From Tubiluchus corallicola (lineage: Eukaryota > Animalia > Priapulida), in NCBI GenBank assembly GCA_030141605.1, contig JAQGDQ010000098.1:576269-640268 (forward strand): 64,000 nucleotides of DNA. Reading direction: 5' to 3'. This document shows, piece by piece, positions 24,723 through 37,222 of the stretch. The position numbers were made by a program, and so were the translations under genes. The notes under the pieces are model-generated. The model was not told the DNA's origin, ran no database searches, and was given only the letters and a program-made list of their open reading frames with translations. How positions within the stretch are numbered: position 1 is the stretch's first letter; every line of letters starts with the position of its first letter.

Positions 24723-27700
24723 ATGTCACGCTTCCTTTTCTACCCAACATTGTTTTATAATGTTGTTATGGAAAAGGTTTCATCTCGGAGATGGTATGAC
24801 AGAATTACACCAGTTGTGATACTTGGAGCATTACCATTCAGAAGTCAAACAGCTGAGGCATATGTTTCTTTGTTTATACTGCATAAGTTGCACAGCAAAT
24901 AATTGAGAATTTGTGCTACACAAACAAAAGAAGTCAGAGTGCAGAAAACTTCAGAGTTATAGACCAAGAGTTACTGAATATTGCTGAGAATTGCACTTTT
25001 GAATTTTTTTTGGAAAAAATTGTGCACTAAAGAATGAAAATATTTTATTAGTTTTGCTTTTTTAATGTCATAATAGTTTAACACAAGATTTTACAGATTT
25101 TTTGTGAACTTACATATCACTTAAAAGTTATCCAGTGATAGTGAGCACCAAGAAGCACTCAAGTCCAATTACTGCTCTTATAATAATCTCATTTGCTCTT
25201 ATGATCTCATTTACGCAAATCACTTACTGCCATTTTGATGACAGAATTCCTGTGTACACTGTGTATGAATACCAACCAATGGTGTTTAATATTAAATAAA
25301 CTGTAGTTGAAATTGTCAGTAAAGAGTGCCTGCTATTAACTAACTGCTGTGTCTGGTCTAATGTTATACATGGTTAGAAAGCTTATAAAGTTCTGTTAAA
25401 CCATGTACTTTTTTGTCAGGTGTTTTTAACGAGAAGAAAAAATGCTTTTAGCAGTTTTTAGTAAATTGCTTTCACAGGAATTCAAAGCGTTTTTAGAGCC
25501 AAAATTAGACAAGGTTACAAGTCACGAAGTTTTCATGTTGGTTGTCAAAAGAAAGAAGCCATGCAATCTGTCAAGCGATCATATCAGTGCATTCATTTAT
25601 TGGTATTTAGACTGATAACCTGTGGGTGCTTATTAGACCAGATTTGCACTAACACAGGACAGAACTATATATATTTTTGAAAAGGCAAAATTTATCACAT
25701 GGTAAAAAAAGCCTTATTCACAGACTTACACTTTTATTTACAGTGGAGCATAAAGTAACAAAAATTTCATTTTATTCTCTACCGTTTGTAGTTGATCAGT
25801 GAAGAGGGAGTGCGTGGTGTAATTGCAATGAATGAAGACCATGAATTACAACACTGGGTTAACAGCGCACAAGTAAAGCTCTTTCTTATTATTCACATAA
25901 TAATGTTTTTAAAGGACAAGAAAAGGGTACCTGCAATAGGTTTCAGAAAAATCGCCTTAAAAAATATTTTATTTTATAGCAATTTTATGCGTACATCGTA
26001 CTCGCATTAAAAGAAATTTTTATTTGTCTGCATTCTAAATCTTCTGCAATATTGTTCCGACGGCGGCATTCTATGCAAACATAAATCAGGGGAAGAAAAG
26101 ACATTGTTACATTATGTCCCAAAAAACTTTCCATGTAAATCTATATCACTTAGCATTTCGCACTGCTGGAAAGACTTATGTAACTAGAAATAATAATTTA
26201 AAATGTTTGTGCCAGTTGGTAAAATGTCGCTGACTCATCTTCCAGGGTGCACCACTCACTAACCAAAAACGTATTTTTAATCTTATTAACAAGATACAGT
26301 AATTTAAAATTTTACTTTGTTAGCAACATGTATGCTTAGAATGTTCTGATTATATTTTGAAACTTTACTCAGTGTTATCTAAACTTGTTTCAAATGACCT
26401 ACCATCAAAATGGCTGTGACTGATGGTCATCGCGGGAGTTTCAATTTATACATTTTATACCGCGCTACGGCCAACTTAAACCCTGCATGCAAAAAGGCAG
26501 TATGTAAGTGGTATAAAATTTCAAGACGAATTTTTCTAGCTTTATGTAAGTGGAGGGCTTTCTTGTGCTTTAAACATTTTTATATCTAATGTGCCTATAA
26601 AAGATCCATGGCAATGGTAAATGGCATTCTAAAGGACATTTACCAGACAATTGGGCATTGCATGTTACTGAAGTTTATACCTTTTACAAATGCGTGCAAG
26701 TAAAACATATTTGTGCAAACAAAACAAAACAAAACAAAACGCACATATAGCAAGTGAGTAGAGGTAGTCGTCAACTTGCATAACATGCAACTTACGACTG
26801 CTCGACTTTACGCCCGACCACAACTTGATAATTAATTATACAAAACTAATTGTAACTCGCATTTTCTTTTTTAAGCAAATTACATGTAATTTTAAATTGC
26901 CTTTCATAAATTCATCCATAGGTACCACCATATCAGTGTGCATACATGCCCTACATTTTACGCATTTCATTATTCACCTGTTTTTGATTAATATTTATGA
27001 AATAAAAACGAAACCTAACAGCAACATTCTGTTCTGTAACCGAAAGGAAACTATCAGTAAAGTGGATCAATAAAGCTACTTTTAAGAAAATTTTTTTGTA
27101 GTGAGATACTCCCATTTATTTCAATGTTTTTTTTTGTAAAAATATGAATGAATGCCTGGCTAACTTTAATTATTTTTGTTTGCTTCTAGGAGTGGGGGAA
27201 AGCTGGTGTGATATATCTACAACTAGCCACAGCAGATTTTCTTACAGCTCCAACTCAAGATCAGATTAAGCAAGGCATAGATTTCATTAGTAATTTTGAG
27301 TCTACGGGTTACAGCGTTTATGTGCATTGTAAGGCTGGACGAACTCGGAGTGCAACATTGGTTGCTTGTTATTTAATGCAGGTGACGATGCGCATAACCT
27401 CTCTTTAATGATATTTGTTATAATTATTTGCATATGAGGCTGTTAAAAATCACTTCATTGATAGACAAAGGGGTCAGTGAGCTTAAAATTATAGAACTTG
27501 AACTCTGGGATGAAACTTAGTAAGATAAATCTCTTATTAAGAGTCTTCCTGCTTTAGAGCCTTTAAGAGGCTTCTTTTAAGAGTTACTAGGTTGCCTTGC
27601 AGGTGTTATACGTGCTTCAGCTGAAGATCTTTCCACAAAATTATCACACCTAACTGAGATCAAGGTTTGATCAGGTTGTTTTTGTCCCCCTTGCTAAATT

Positions 27701-28396
27701 TTCGCTATCATTATATTTTGTTTTTTCTCACAGCCTTTTGCTTTTTGTTTGCTTTCCAGAGTTGCTACTATACAGAAGCTTTTAGCAGTATTGTATTTTT
27801 GTCCCTACTAGTGTTATGTTTTGTATTTGGACTGTTCTCTTGACTAAGCTATGGGAGCTGCTTTCATGTCAATAGGGTGTAAAGGTATCTCCATACTTGG
27901 CTTCTTGGGAGAGTCAGTACTTTGCCCGGCGACACAGTTTGTATTTTAATACGGAATGTATTGTTATATTATTAATTTATTTTTGGCTGCCCACTTGCAA
28001 ATATTAATTAGTTTCCTTATTGTTATATCAAAAGAACTACATACTCATCAAAGCAATATACACACTTACACATCACATAGCCATGCCACAGTCGGGATCA
28101 CCAGGAAATACCTAACCAGGATCTGCTGACATTCTGCAAACCCAGCTGCTATCGTTTTTTTCCACTTTTCCTGTGTCTTCGAACTCTACCTTTAATACAA
28201 CTTCTTGCATTCTGCGATTTGCTACCATGATGAAGCGTGATTAATATTCATTTACAGGTATTTTTCTGTACAGGTAAATAAATGGAATCCAACACAAGCA
28301 TTAAACTACATCAAGGAAAAACGACCACATATCATCATGAGAGAGGCTCATAAAGCCGCTGCAATGCAGTTCTATGTAGATAATGTAAAATCATAG
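24723..28396 (+). CDS. PTPMT1: Phosphatidylglycerophosphatase / mitochondrial protein-tyrosine phosphatase 1; 4 exons, about 176 aa
   Basis: Exons 24723-24857 (GC donor), 25792-25872, 27190-27381 and 28274-28396. Translation: [36 protein letters not shown]; [12 protein letters not shown]; the PTPMT1 signature [22 protein letters not shown]; [17 protein letters not shown]. Confidence 0.93.
25913..26569. mobile_element. Non-autonomous Kolobok-like DNA element in PTPMT1 intron 2
   Basis: TTAA|AGGACAAGAAA ... TTTCTTGTGCT|TTAA: TTAA target duplication and purine-starting inverted termini matching 10 of 11. Confidence 0.55.
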
Positions 28397-30958
28397 ATTT
28401 CTGAACCGTACTTTTAAAAAAAATGTTGTGATTTTGTTTTATACTGAGTCTGATGTGAAAGTGCTTTGTACCAAAGACCGTTTAGAGAAATTTCTTGAAA
28501 AATAAGTGATATAGTTTTGCTGATGTGTATAATATTTGTACCATGTGATGTTTAGAAAAGTGCTTTTGTTTAGCTAGTCTAGTCCTAATTAATTATTTTT
28601 GTGGAATTATTGTTATTTCCTTACTACTATCGTTATACAGAATTATGGCAAAATAAAGATTAGGTTAGATAGGATTGGATTCTGTATTTTGACAGCTAGG
28701 TCACAAATTATACAAAAATACACACACAATTACAAGTACTGTACATAAAACGTGTGTTTATTTCTCGATATACACTCAAAAATACATGTATGAAGTTATG
28801 TAAATATAACCGTAATAAAAGTATGTTCTTAAAATGACATACATGTACTTATAATGATATGATTATGTACTTTATTATACATATGGTATGGTGCTTAAAC
28901 CGCCAAATATGTGATAACAACTCAGAATCGTTAGATACTTGGCTAATTATTTGTAATATCAACTGTGTGTTTATTAATAACTAACTGTTGATGTTTCAAA
29001 TGTGATTTCAAATGTAGATATCATAATCATTTCACATTTTAAGTCATTGAAGAATGTTTAGTAAGTCATAAATTAGAAACAGTCACTAACATATAAAATC
29101 TCTAGTTTTTGATTACAATGTTAGTCTTTCTTTTTTTAATGCGAGCTATAATATATTTTAATATTTAGTGATGGAATAGTACTTATAAATTTGAGAATAT
29201 TCATGGTAGTTAACCATTTTTGTGGCTGAAATGCTTTTTTCTTATGATTGTTAGAAGTTACAAGTTATTGCCATACTGTAACAAATGTTGTAATGTCTTA
29301 AACTGAGCGATTTACAGTTTAGCAAATGCAGGCGTAGAACCATTCTGATAGCATTGCGTTCACTCAGTGAGGGCACTTGTAGACTTAATTGCTGGTCAAT
29401 TTAGAAAGCTAAATACTGGAGAAAATTAAATTGTTTTTCTTGTCAAAAGTAACTTGATAATTTAATAATAATGATAATCTTTGGTCGTTTAGGATTTTTT
29501 AAAACGGAAGTAAATCTATACATTATCAGTAACCTCATGTGAAGATGTATTTACAATGTACTCATGTGATACTTTTTATAAATTTGGACAGATTTATACA
29601 CCCAAAATAAAACCAAAACATTCAATTCTGAAAAACTATAAAGAAACTCTGGGTGACAACAGTCATAATTTAAATAGTATTAAACAAGAATAAATTGTAT
29701 AGACAACTTTTGAAAAAATGTAATTCAGTAATTAGAGAACAATACAGCACATAAGCTACAGAAACAATTTTCATGTTTTACTCAACAAGCTAATTATTAT
29801 AAAAATATGTATGTGTAGAACAAAATTCAAAAAGATCTGGACAGTTATGAAAAAAAATAATGCACACAAATATAGAAACTATGAAATAGTAAACTTGAAA
29901 ATTAAATAATGAAATTGTCACGGATAATAGAATAATAACTAGTGCCTTTAATGATTATTTCGTAAACGTAGGTGAATCCCTGGCAAAGAATATCGAACCA
30001 GTGGCTGAGGATAAATCTGAGGGGCAGTTACAGTGTACTAACACATCTTATTTACATCCAAATACCCACGCCAAGTAATAAATATCTGTAAAACTTTAAA
30101 TCTTAATAAAAGTGAAGAAGTTGATACTTGACACATTTGTATGTTTTTATACGACTTAAGATTTCACAAAGTATATCTCTTTGGTTTCTATGGCAAAGCG
30201 CACGTAGCGTTCTAGACCCACCAGCATGTTCTGTATTTGGCACACATTCTTTTATGAACGATCAATACTTTTTTGACCTTGGTGAACGGTGTCCGTTTGC
30301 CCAGTGTTTTAGAACTAGCACTGGTTAATTGCGGGGGAAGTACAATCACTCGCGGGAAAATTTCCTTGTAATAATTATCGAAGCTTGCTGTAAGCAAGAT
30401 TTAGATACATTACTTAAGCCTAAGATTTGAAATTTGCCTGGAATAACCAGAGGCTCTTTATAACATGCCTGGTTAGATATCCAAAATACACAGACATGGT
30501 AGGTTACGGGTACCAGGGCAGCATGGACTAAAGTGATTGCAAGGGTCATATCAGAGGACGTTTGACTCCAGAGGTGACGATGATAATGTTAAATGGATTA
30601 TATCTATTTCCATTGATGACGTCAAAGCTGCAATAATGCTTTTTTATTTCAAATCCAATATTTAATTTTTTAATACCTTCTTAATCGTGTGAAACCTCGG
30701 TAAATTTCTAAAAGTTATAGAGATATGCATCCAGAAATCCAGATCGTTGCAGATGAAAACTTCTTTTACGCGGTGCGTCTCGTTATTCATAAAACATCAC
30801 GGCAGCTCCACGTCACTTTCGCCGTAGCCTACCATAAGTGCTTATTATAATCTTGTCATGGTTTTGCAGTTATTTTTTTACTTTTAAAATTATATTTATT
30901 TGTTGTATAATTCTATTATTAATTGGCGTGTCAGGTGTTTTGTGCACAAGCTCTTACA

Positions 30959-33818
30959 ATGTCTTCATATGAAATACTTATTTGGCTTTTTTCTGCATTA
31001 TTTTGCTTGGTTTCTTCGTCAGAATTGACATTTGAGTTGGAAGATAAAGCAAGACAGTGTTTTCATGAATTTATTGAGAAGGGAGTACTTTGTATTGTTG
31101 AATTTCAGGTAACTAGCATGAATTTTTTTGTAGTTTTTCAAATGTTTTGCTGAGTATGCATTATTTTGTATGTTATTCACCGAATTACTTTTCTCTGGGC
31201 CTACATTATTCTCAGACTCTTGTTCTATGTTAATCATAAGTCATAAATACCTTGATGATATTAGAGTTCTGTTGTTGCTCCTTTCCTGCCATTCCTGTGG
31301 TAGTAAACTAGTACCAGTAATTGGAGCTGTAATTTCAAATTATGTATTTTATTCGAGGGAAAATTATTCGAATAATTGATCAGAAATAATTGAATACTGG
31401 CACACTTGCAGTTTAGGTGGTTCACTGTTTAGTGTATATATTTACGCATAAAACACATATATTAAAAATAATTATATTAAAACCTATCTACAGTGGCTAC
31501 ACGGCTACAATTGTCTACAACGTCGGCATGCGGCTACACATCGCCATACGCGGTTATAACGGTCATGAAATTTTTACATTTTCTTAATCCTAACACAGAA
31601 AATGAACGTTCAAATCGAATGAAACATTTTTAGATAGAAATTTAATATAAGGTAGCAAATTAAAAATCTGATTTTGCAAATCGATGCAGAATTTGTGCTG
31701 TTGTATTATGCAAAATTTCATGATGATTAATTGCGAATTGGTGATGACTCAGACTGCGTTTTGAAAGAGAAACAAAATTTACAAAATATCACTTATAGAA
31801 GACACTACTCGAGGGTAAATACAGAATCTGCAAAATGGTGGCGGTCGAGGTAAGTTGGAAGTCATGTGAAGTCCTTTTTACTTTCCAGTAAGTTGACACT
31901 TTTTTTACTATACCATTGCTTGTTTCTATTTCTGGCTCACAGTGATAAATAAAAATAATCGCTTTCTGAAAATTGGAAAATGAAAATATTGCCGTAAAGT
32001 GCCCAATCTTCGTTCGTTTTCGCAATGCTGACACCAACTTCTAAATTTTTTTAAATATGAGGTAGATCGTGATTTTCTTTGCATCAGATAAAGGATGCAT
32101 CTTTCTATTGAACAACTGGTTTCAGCAACATTTTTGATTTGGCAAGCTGGGAACACATTAAAAAATAATCACCTAAACTGCAAAATATCCAAATACTGTA
32201 TCACTGTACATGTGGTCATTGAGCTGGAATGATAATTTATGCACACCTACACCTTGTCTGGGATGAACTGTATTAATTGTTGAGCCACGACCCCTGCTGA
32301 TCTGAAAAGATAAATTTACCTGCATCTATTAATTACTGCACACTATATTCTTGAATGTGAGCTCTTTGCACATGTCAGTGATTTAATGTAGAGTTTATTG
32401 CTTTTTGATAACTTTAATTGTTTTTGTGTTTACAGCGAATATTCTGCAGTATTTGATTTAGCTTTTTCAAAGTGTGCTGTAAGCTCTTTGAATGCCACAA
32501 GGACAACTAAGTATTCATAGTTTCCCAGTGAATTACCTTGTCAGTGAGCTAATAGTGGAAGGATTTTTCTACCACATATAACAGCAAAGATAGCAGATTA
32601 TTTCTGGTGTTGCCTTAGTGCCAAAGCTTTTTGTCTGCGAAAAGACAGGTGGCGTTCAGCTTGTGGCCAACACCATGTACATAGGATAACTAATAGTATT
32701 TTATTATTCGATTAGTAAAAAATACATTCAAGCTTCGAATAATCGATTATTCATGCATATCCTTAATTAGCAATAATTAATAATTTCTGTTTTAAGGTTG
32801 TGACGGGAGGCAATTATGATGTGGATCTGTTCATTGAGGCACCAAACAGGCAGATTTTATACAAAGTTGAAAAATCGCAGTATGACACGTTTACCTGGAC
32901 AACAGGTCAGAAAGGTGTCTACACTGTGTGTTTCAGTAATGAATTTTCATCTTTCGCGCACAAACTAGTTTATCTAGATTTTCAAGTTGGCGATGAAAAG
33001 CCTATAGTGGATGATGATGAACGCAGCAAAGCCTTAACCATGGTAAAAATTTCTCAGTCTTAAAACTAATTAACACTTTATTGCTTCTACCTATGTTAAC
33101 TGTATCATGCTTTAAAAATCAGTAGGCACTCATGAAGGTATAATTTATTGAAGTTTATCATAAACTTAAGATAGATGTATTGATCAGCAAAATGTGCACT
33201 ACATAAGAGATGTATGCATAAAGATTGAATAATATTCTAGTCTTTGATGTGGTTCAACGAAAATTTTTGGTGTAAGTAAAGTATCATATTACAAAAGTAA
33301 AGTAAAATTAATGCATCAATTTTTTTTGTCAAATTATGGCCAATAAACTTATTAAGTATATGTTGCAAAATAAAAAAGGCAATTTTACTGTCTAAAAAAT
33401 GAAGAGGTGTTAGCCCTGTCAAGAAACTTGCTACAAATTGCAACAGAAGGTTGTAACACAAATTCTACACAATTACCAGAGGTTAAGATTGTTAAACAAT
33501 CAACACCAATAAGGACACCAATAATGTGCTTGTGTCAATTCCTTATTTAAAATTTCTGTTTAAACTCTTTGCTTTTTGCAGATAGAGTCATCTACGGTTG
33601 ATATCCACACGTCCATGAGAGATGTCATCGATTATCAAACTCACCACCGATTAAGAGAAGCTCAGGGAAGGAAGCGAGCTGAGGACACCAACGCTCGCGT
33701 ACAGTGGTGGTCTCTTGGACAATCTATTATCATCTTAGTCGTTATGATTGGTCAGGTTATAATTCTAAAAAGTTTTTTTAGTGACAAGAAAACGCTGAGT
33801 ATCTCATCCTCAAGGTAA
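30959..33818 (+). CDS. TMED7: Transmembrane emp24 domain (p24 gamma) protein, TMED7/TMED3 type; 3 exons, about 210 aa
   Basis: Exons 30959-31108, 32797-33042 and 33582-33818, all GT-AG, phase 0. Signal peptide; GOLD domain [16 protein letters not shown]...[12 protein letters not shown]...[26 protein letters not shown]; [21 protein letters not shown]; TM helix; cytosolic tail LKSFFSDKK. Confidence 0.92.
31406..32183. mobile_element. Putative DNA transposon relic or MITE in TMED7 intron 1
   Basis: TTGCAGTTTAGGTGGTT (31406-31422) is inverted at 32167-32183 with 16 of 17 matches. Internal GGCTAC-type short repeats lie at about 31495-31560. Confidence 0.45.
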
Positions 33819-36800
33819 AGTGTAGTTAAACTAGAATTTTATTTTGTAAAATTTCTGTCTTTTGCAATTTTTCCAAATTGTGTAATTAATAGGCATTACA
33901 TACAGCAGATACGTAAGAATCTCACATTTTTTCTAGTTTGTTTTAATTGTAGTTTGTTATAGATCAACAAATAATGTTAAACTTCCCTCAAATATTTTAG
34001 AACTTTGGGAGTAGAAGTAATTCCATATTTCTGTCTATACTAGGCCATGGATACAGCATGTCATATTTGTAGATTTTGCTTTAGTGGTTTTGCAAAATGT
34101 TAAGTGCAAACATATAAATTTACACATCCTATCACCTGAGAACTTGTGAAAACTTGTCTATTCTGACAGTTATTACTTGTACTGGCATCGTTTTCTTAGG
34201 CATATTGTCAAATGTGGGACACCTTTTCTAGAATACCATAATATTATGCAATTAATCATCATTCTCCAAAAAATCTGGAATGTAGCATTACAAACATCGG
34301 CTAACATTTCATTTCTAATTTTAAACGTTCCAGGATTGATCCCTAAAACATTTTCGTAACGTTAATCAAGAATCATGTGAATGAGAAATAAGATATTAGT
34401 TGAAATTCCTACGTAAATTTTAACTGCTGGGATATCGCTATATAAAATGCATAATTTTCTTTTCTTGATAAATTAGCAAAATATTTTTATAGAAAACAAA
34501 AATAAAACTAAAAACAAATATTGCATTACAATATAATTATGCTACACTCATCCTTTGTCATCTGGTATAATTCCCATATAGTATTGATATAATACTTGTA
34601 AATATTTCTTGTCCTGCCATTCTTCATTAAGCATCATTATGTTGTTATACAGGCCTAGAATTGCATACAGTTTTATTGTACACAGTACTCATATTTTATT
34701 GAATTTAAACTTGCAGTAAATGAAAAGTGTAATCATAACTTTTGGCATTGTCACAAGGCATGAATGATTGTTGAAAACATTCAGTTTAACAGTATCTTCT
34801 TTTTTGAGGCAAAAACTCTAATAGAGACTAAATTTTAAAACTTTCTGGCTTTAACATTTTTTATAATCAAACTTTTAGACTTTCAGTTTTAGCAAGAAGT
34901 GAAGGCTTAATGGATTTTAGATTAACATTGAAATAGTTAGAATCTTCAATATAAAAGCTGCTGTTAATGCTCGTCTATCATAACTGCTAGACAATGAGTA
35001 TTAATAGTATACTTGTTTAACTGGCCTGACTAGCTTGCATTTATGCAAATATTTGTAATATCTGAATAGGTTGGTGTGCAGATGGTGTTGTTAAAAATTT
35101 GTTTTATGATTATTTTAATTTATGAAAGTGGATAATAAGTTTGATTACTATTTGTTTAACCTCTGTTATGTGTTTCACTGCTTGCATAAGTGGTACCCCT
35201 ATAAATGTGTTATTGTGTGGTTATGGCGTTATTAGCATTGAAAATAAATTAGTTAAGTTTTGCTTTGTATGGCAATGGATACTGCACACGTGTAGTAAAC
35301 AAGTGCTTGTTTTACAAGCCTGAAACAATTGAAATTTTGATGCTTGTGGAAGTTATGAAATAGTAGCAGGGCTTGTGGAAGCTATGAAATTTTAGCAAAA
35401 CTGAAACTTATTATAAGGTCAGGGTGGAAAATATTATTGAAAGCAATATCAGACTCGACATTTGGTTTCTAATTCCATGCAGCCGTTAAAAAAACTATAT
35501 TATAAATTCTGTTTGCAAAGTTTACCATGCACATTCTGTCCAGCAAAAAGTCCATTTTAATACACATTTTATAATATAGGTCTATTAGTTATTATCATTT
35601 AGGTACATATTTAAACATTTGTTCCATTTTTCATATGGGCTTGTGCAAAGTCGGTATGTATCAATATATTGTTGCCAATTTCATTTCTGTATTTCATTGT
35701 TGTTTTGTTTTGCGTTATTCTTGTTTTCACCCTTGTTTTGCTGTCAACTTCTGGTAATGTCGGTATAAAAGGTTAATATGGTTAGTTAACAAAATGATGC
35801 ACTACATAAAAGGAGACACTAATGCCTACTCCACACGGTCTTTCAAAAGATGACATTCAAAACACCCAATTCTGTCCAAACGATTTCTTTTCACTGACCG
35901 TGATCTTGCACATAACTATTTGGTGAAGGGGTGTTCTCTCATTATTTCTGAAATAGCACCAAAATGGCTTGCACGGAGCTTTGTTTTAGCATGTGCTGTG
36001 AAATGAAAGAAAAAACTTCGGCAAAGAAATCAAACAAAAAGTTGTTATCATATACTTTGAGAATTAAAAGCAGAAGCACAAATGAATTTCTAAATCATAT
36101 TCATATAGCACCAAGTATTTTCATCTCTAAATACATAATGCAGAAAGAGTAAGTCAAGGCACCATACATTTCCAAGTACAAATCTACAAAATTTACATAG
36201 AATTACTCTCAGAAATTTCTGCACTCATGCACTTACAAAATATAATTTATGCAGTTGTTTTTTTTTTGTTAAAAATTTTTAGTAATGGTGTGCTGTTTAC
36301 ACACCCACCACAAATGGATTCTTCTAATTAAGTCACTAATGTGCATTATTATTGGCTGTTCATTCCAAGAATGACGACCAACACTGACGAAAATTCAGAC
36401 AAACTTGATATCGTCAAACTTGAATGACATTCAAATTTCACTGTCATTCTCAGCATGTACACGGCCGTTCAACACTGACAAACTCGAGAGTGACAGTGTT
36501 ATGAATGACTGTATGGATGGCTAATAAGCTGGCAGAGGTGTCACTGCTGCATATCACATACCATATACATACTTCCCTTAACAATAGGATAGCCGGGAAC
36601 AAGATGGAGATGAAAATGCGATGCAACAGTTTTTTCACAGCCAACAAGGAATTGTGAATTTTTTGGTTCTGGAAGAATGATAAAAATGCTGGAAAACTTA
36701 TGAAAAGATGTCACTAAGACAAAACTACCATTTTCATTTATAACATATCACTTTATTAAAAGAGAACTTATGAATTATTCAAAAGCAAATTACTTAATAC

Positions 36801-37222
36801 TATTAAAACTATATTTCCATTATGGTACAAAGCATGTATAATGTTTTATGAGTTTGTGCCCCTAAAAATGTTTGATTAATCGGTGCCTCATGGTTTTCAG
36901 TTCCTACAAAATGATCACTTCTACACTTTTTAACAACTTTTTAATCATTAATTATCGATAGCAGAACAACTGAACACCAAACTGAAACCTGTTGTAAACT
37001 TGATTATCAGAACCTTTATTAACAACAACCCAAAAACGGCCAAGCAAAAGAGGAATGAAACAATGATGCTACCTTAACATTAAACATTAATTAACAGATC
37101 TTATTTAAAAAAGAAACTGCACAGATTTGGAATTTCACTGCACTACAAAAACACCAAATTTGTTTAAAAAAATAAATACTTAAATTAACTACAAACATTT
37201 CAGAAGAGATACGCCAAGTTGC

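Noticed and set aside
36350-36650. SECIS or other structured RNA between the convergent 3' UTRs
   Set aside because: Only 7-8 bp stems are visible and neither flanking gene has an in-frame TGA.
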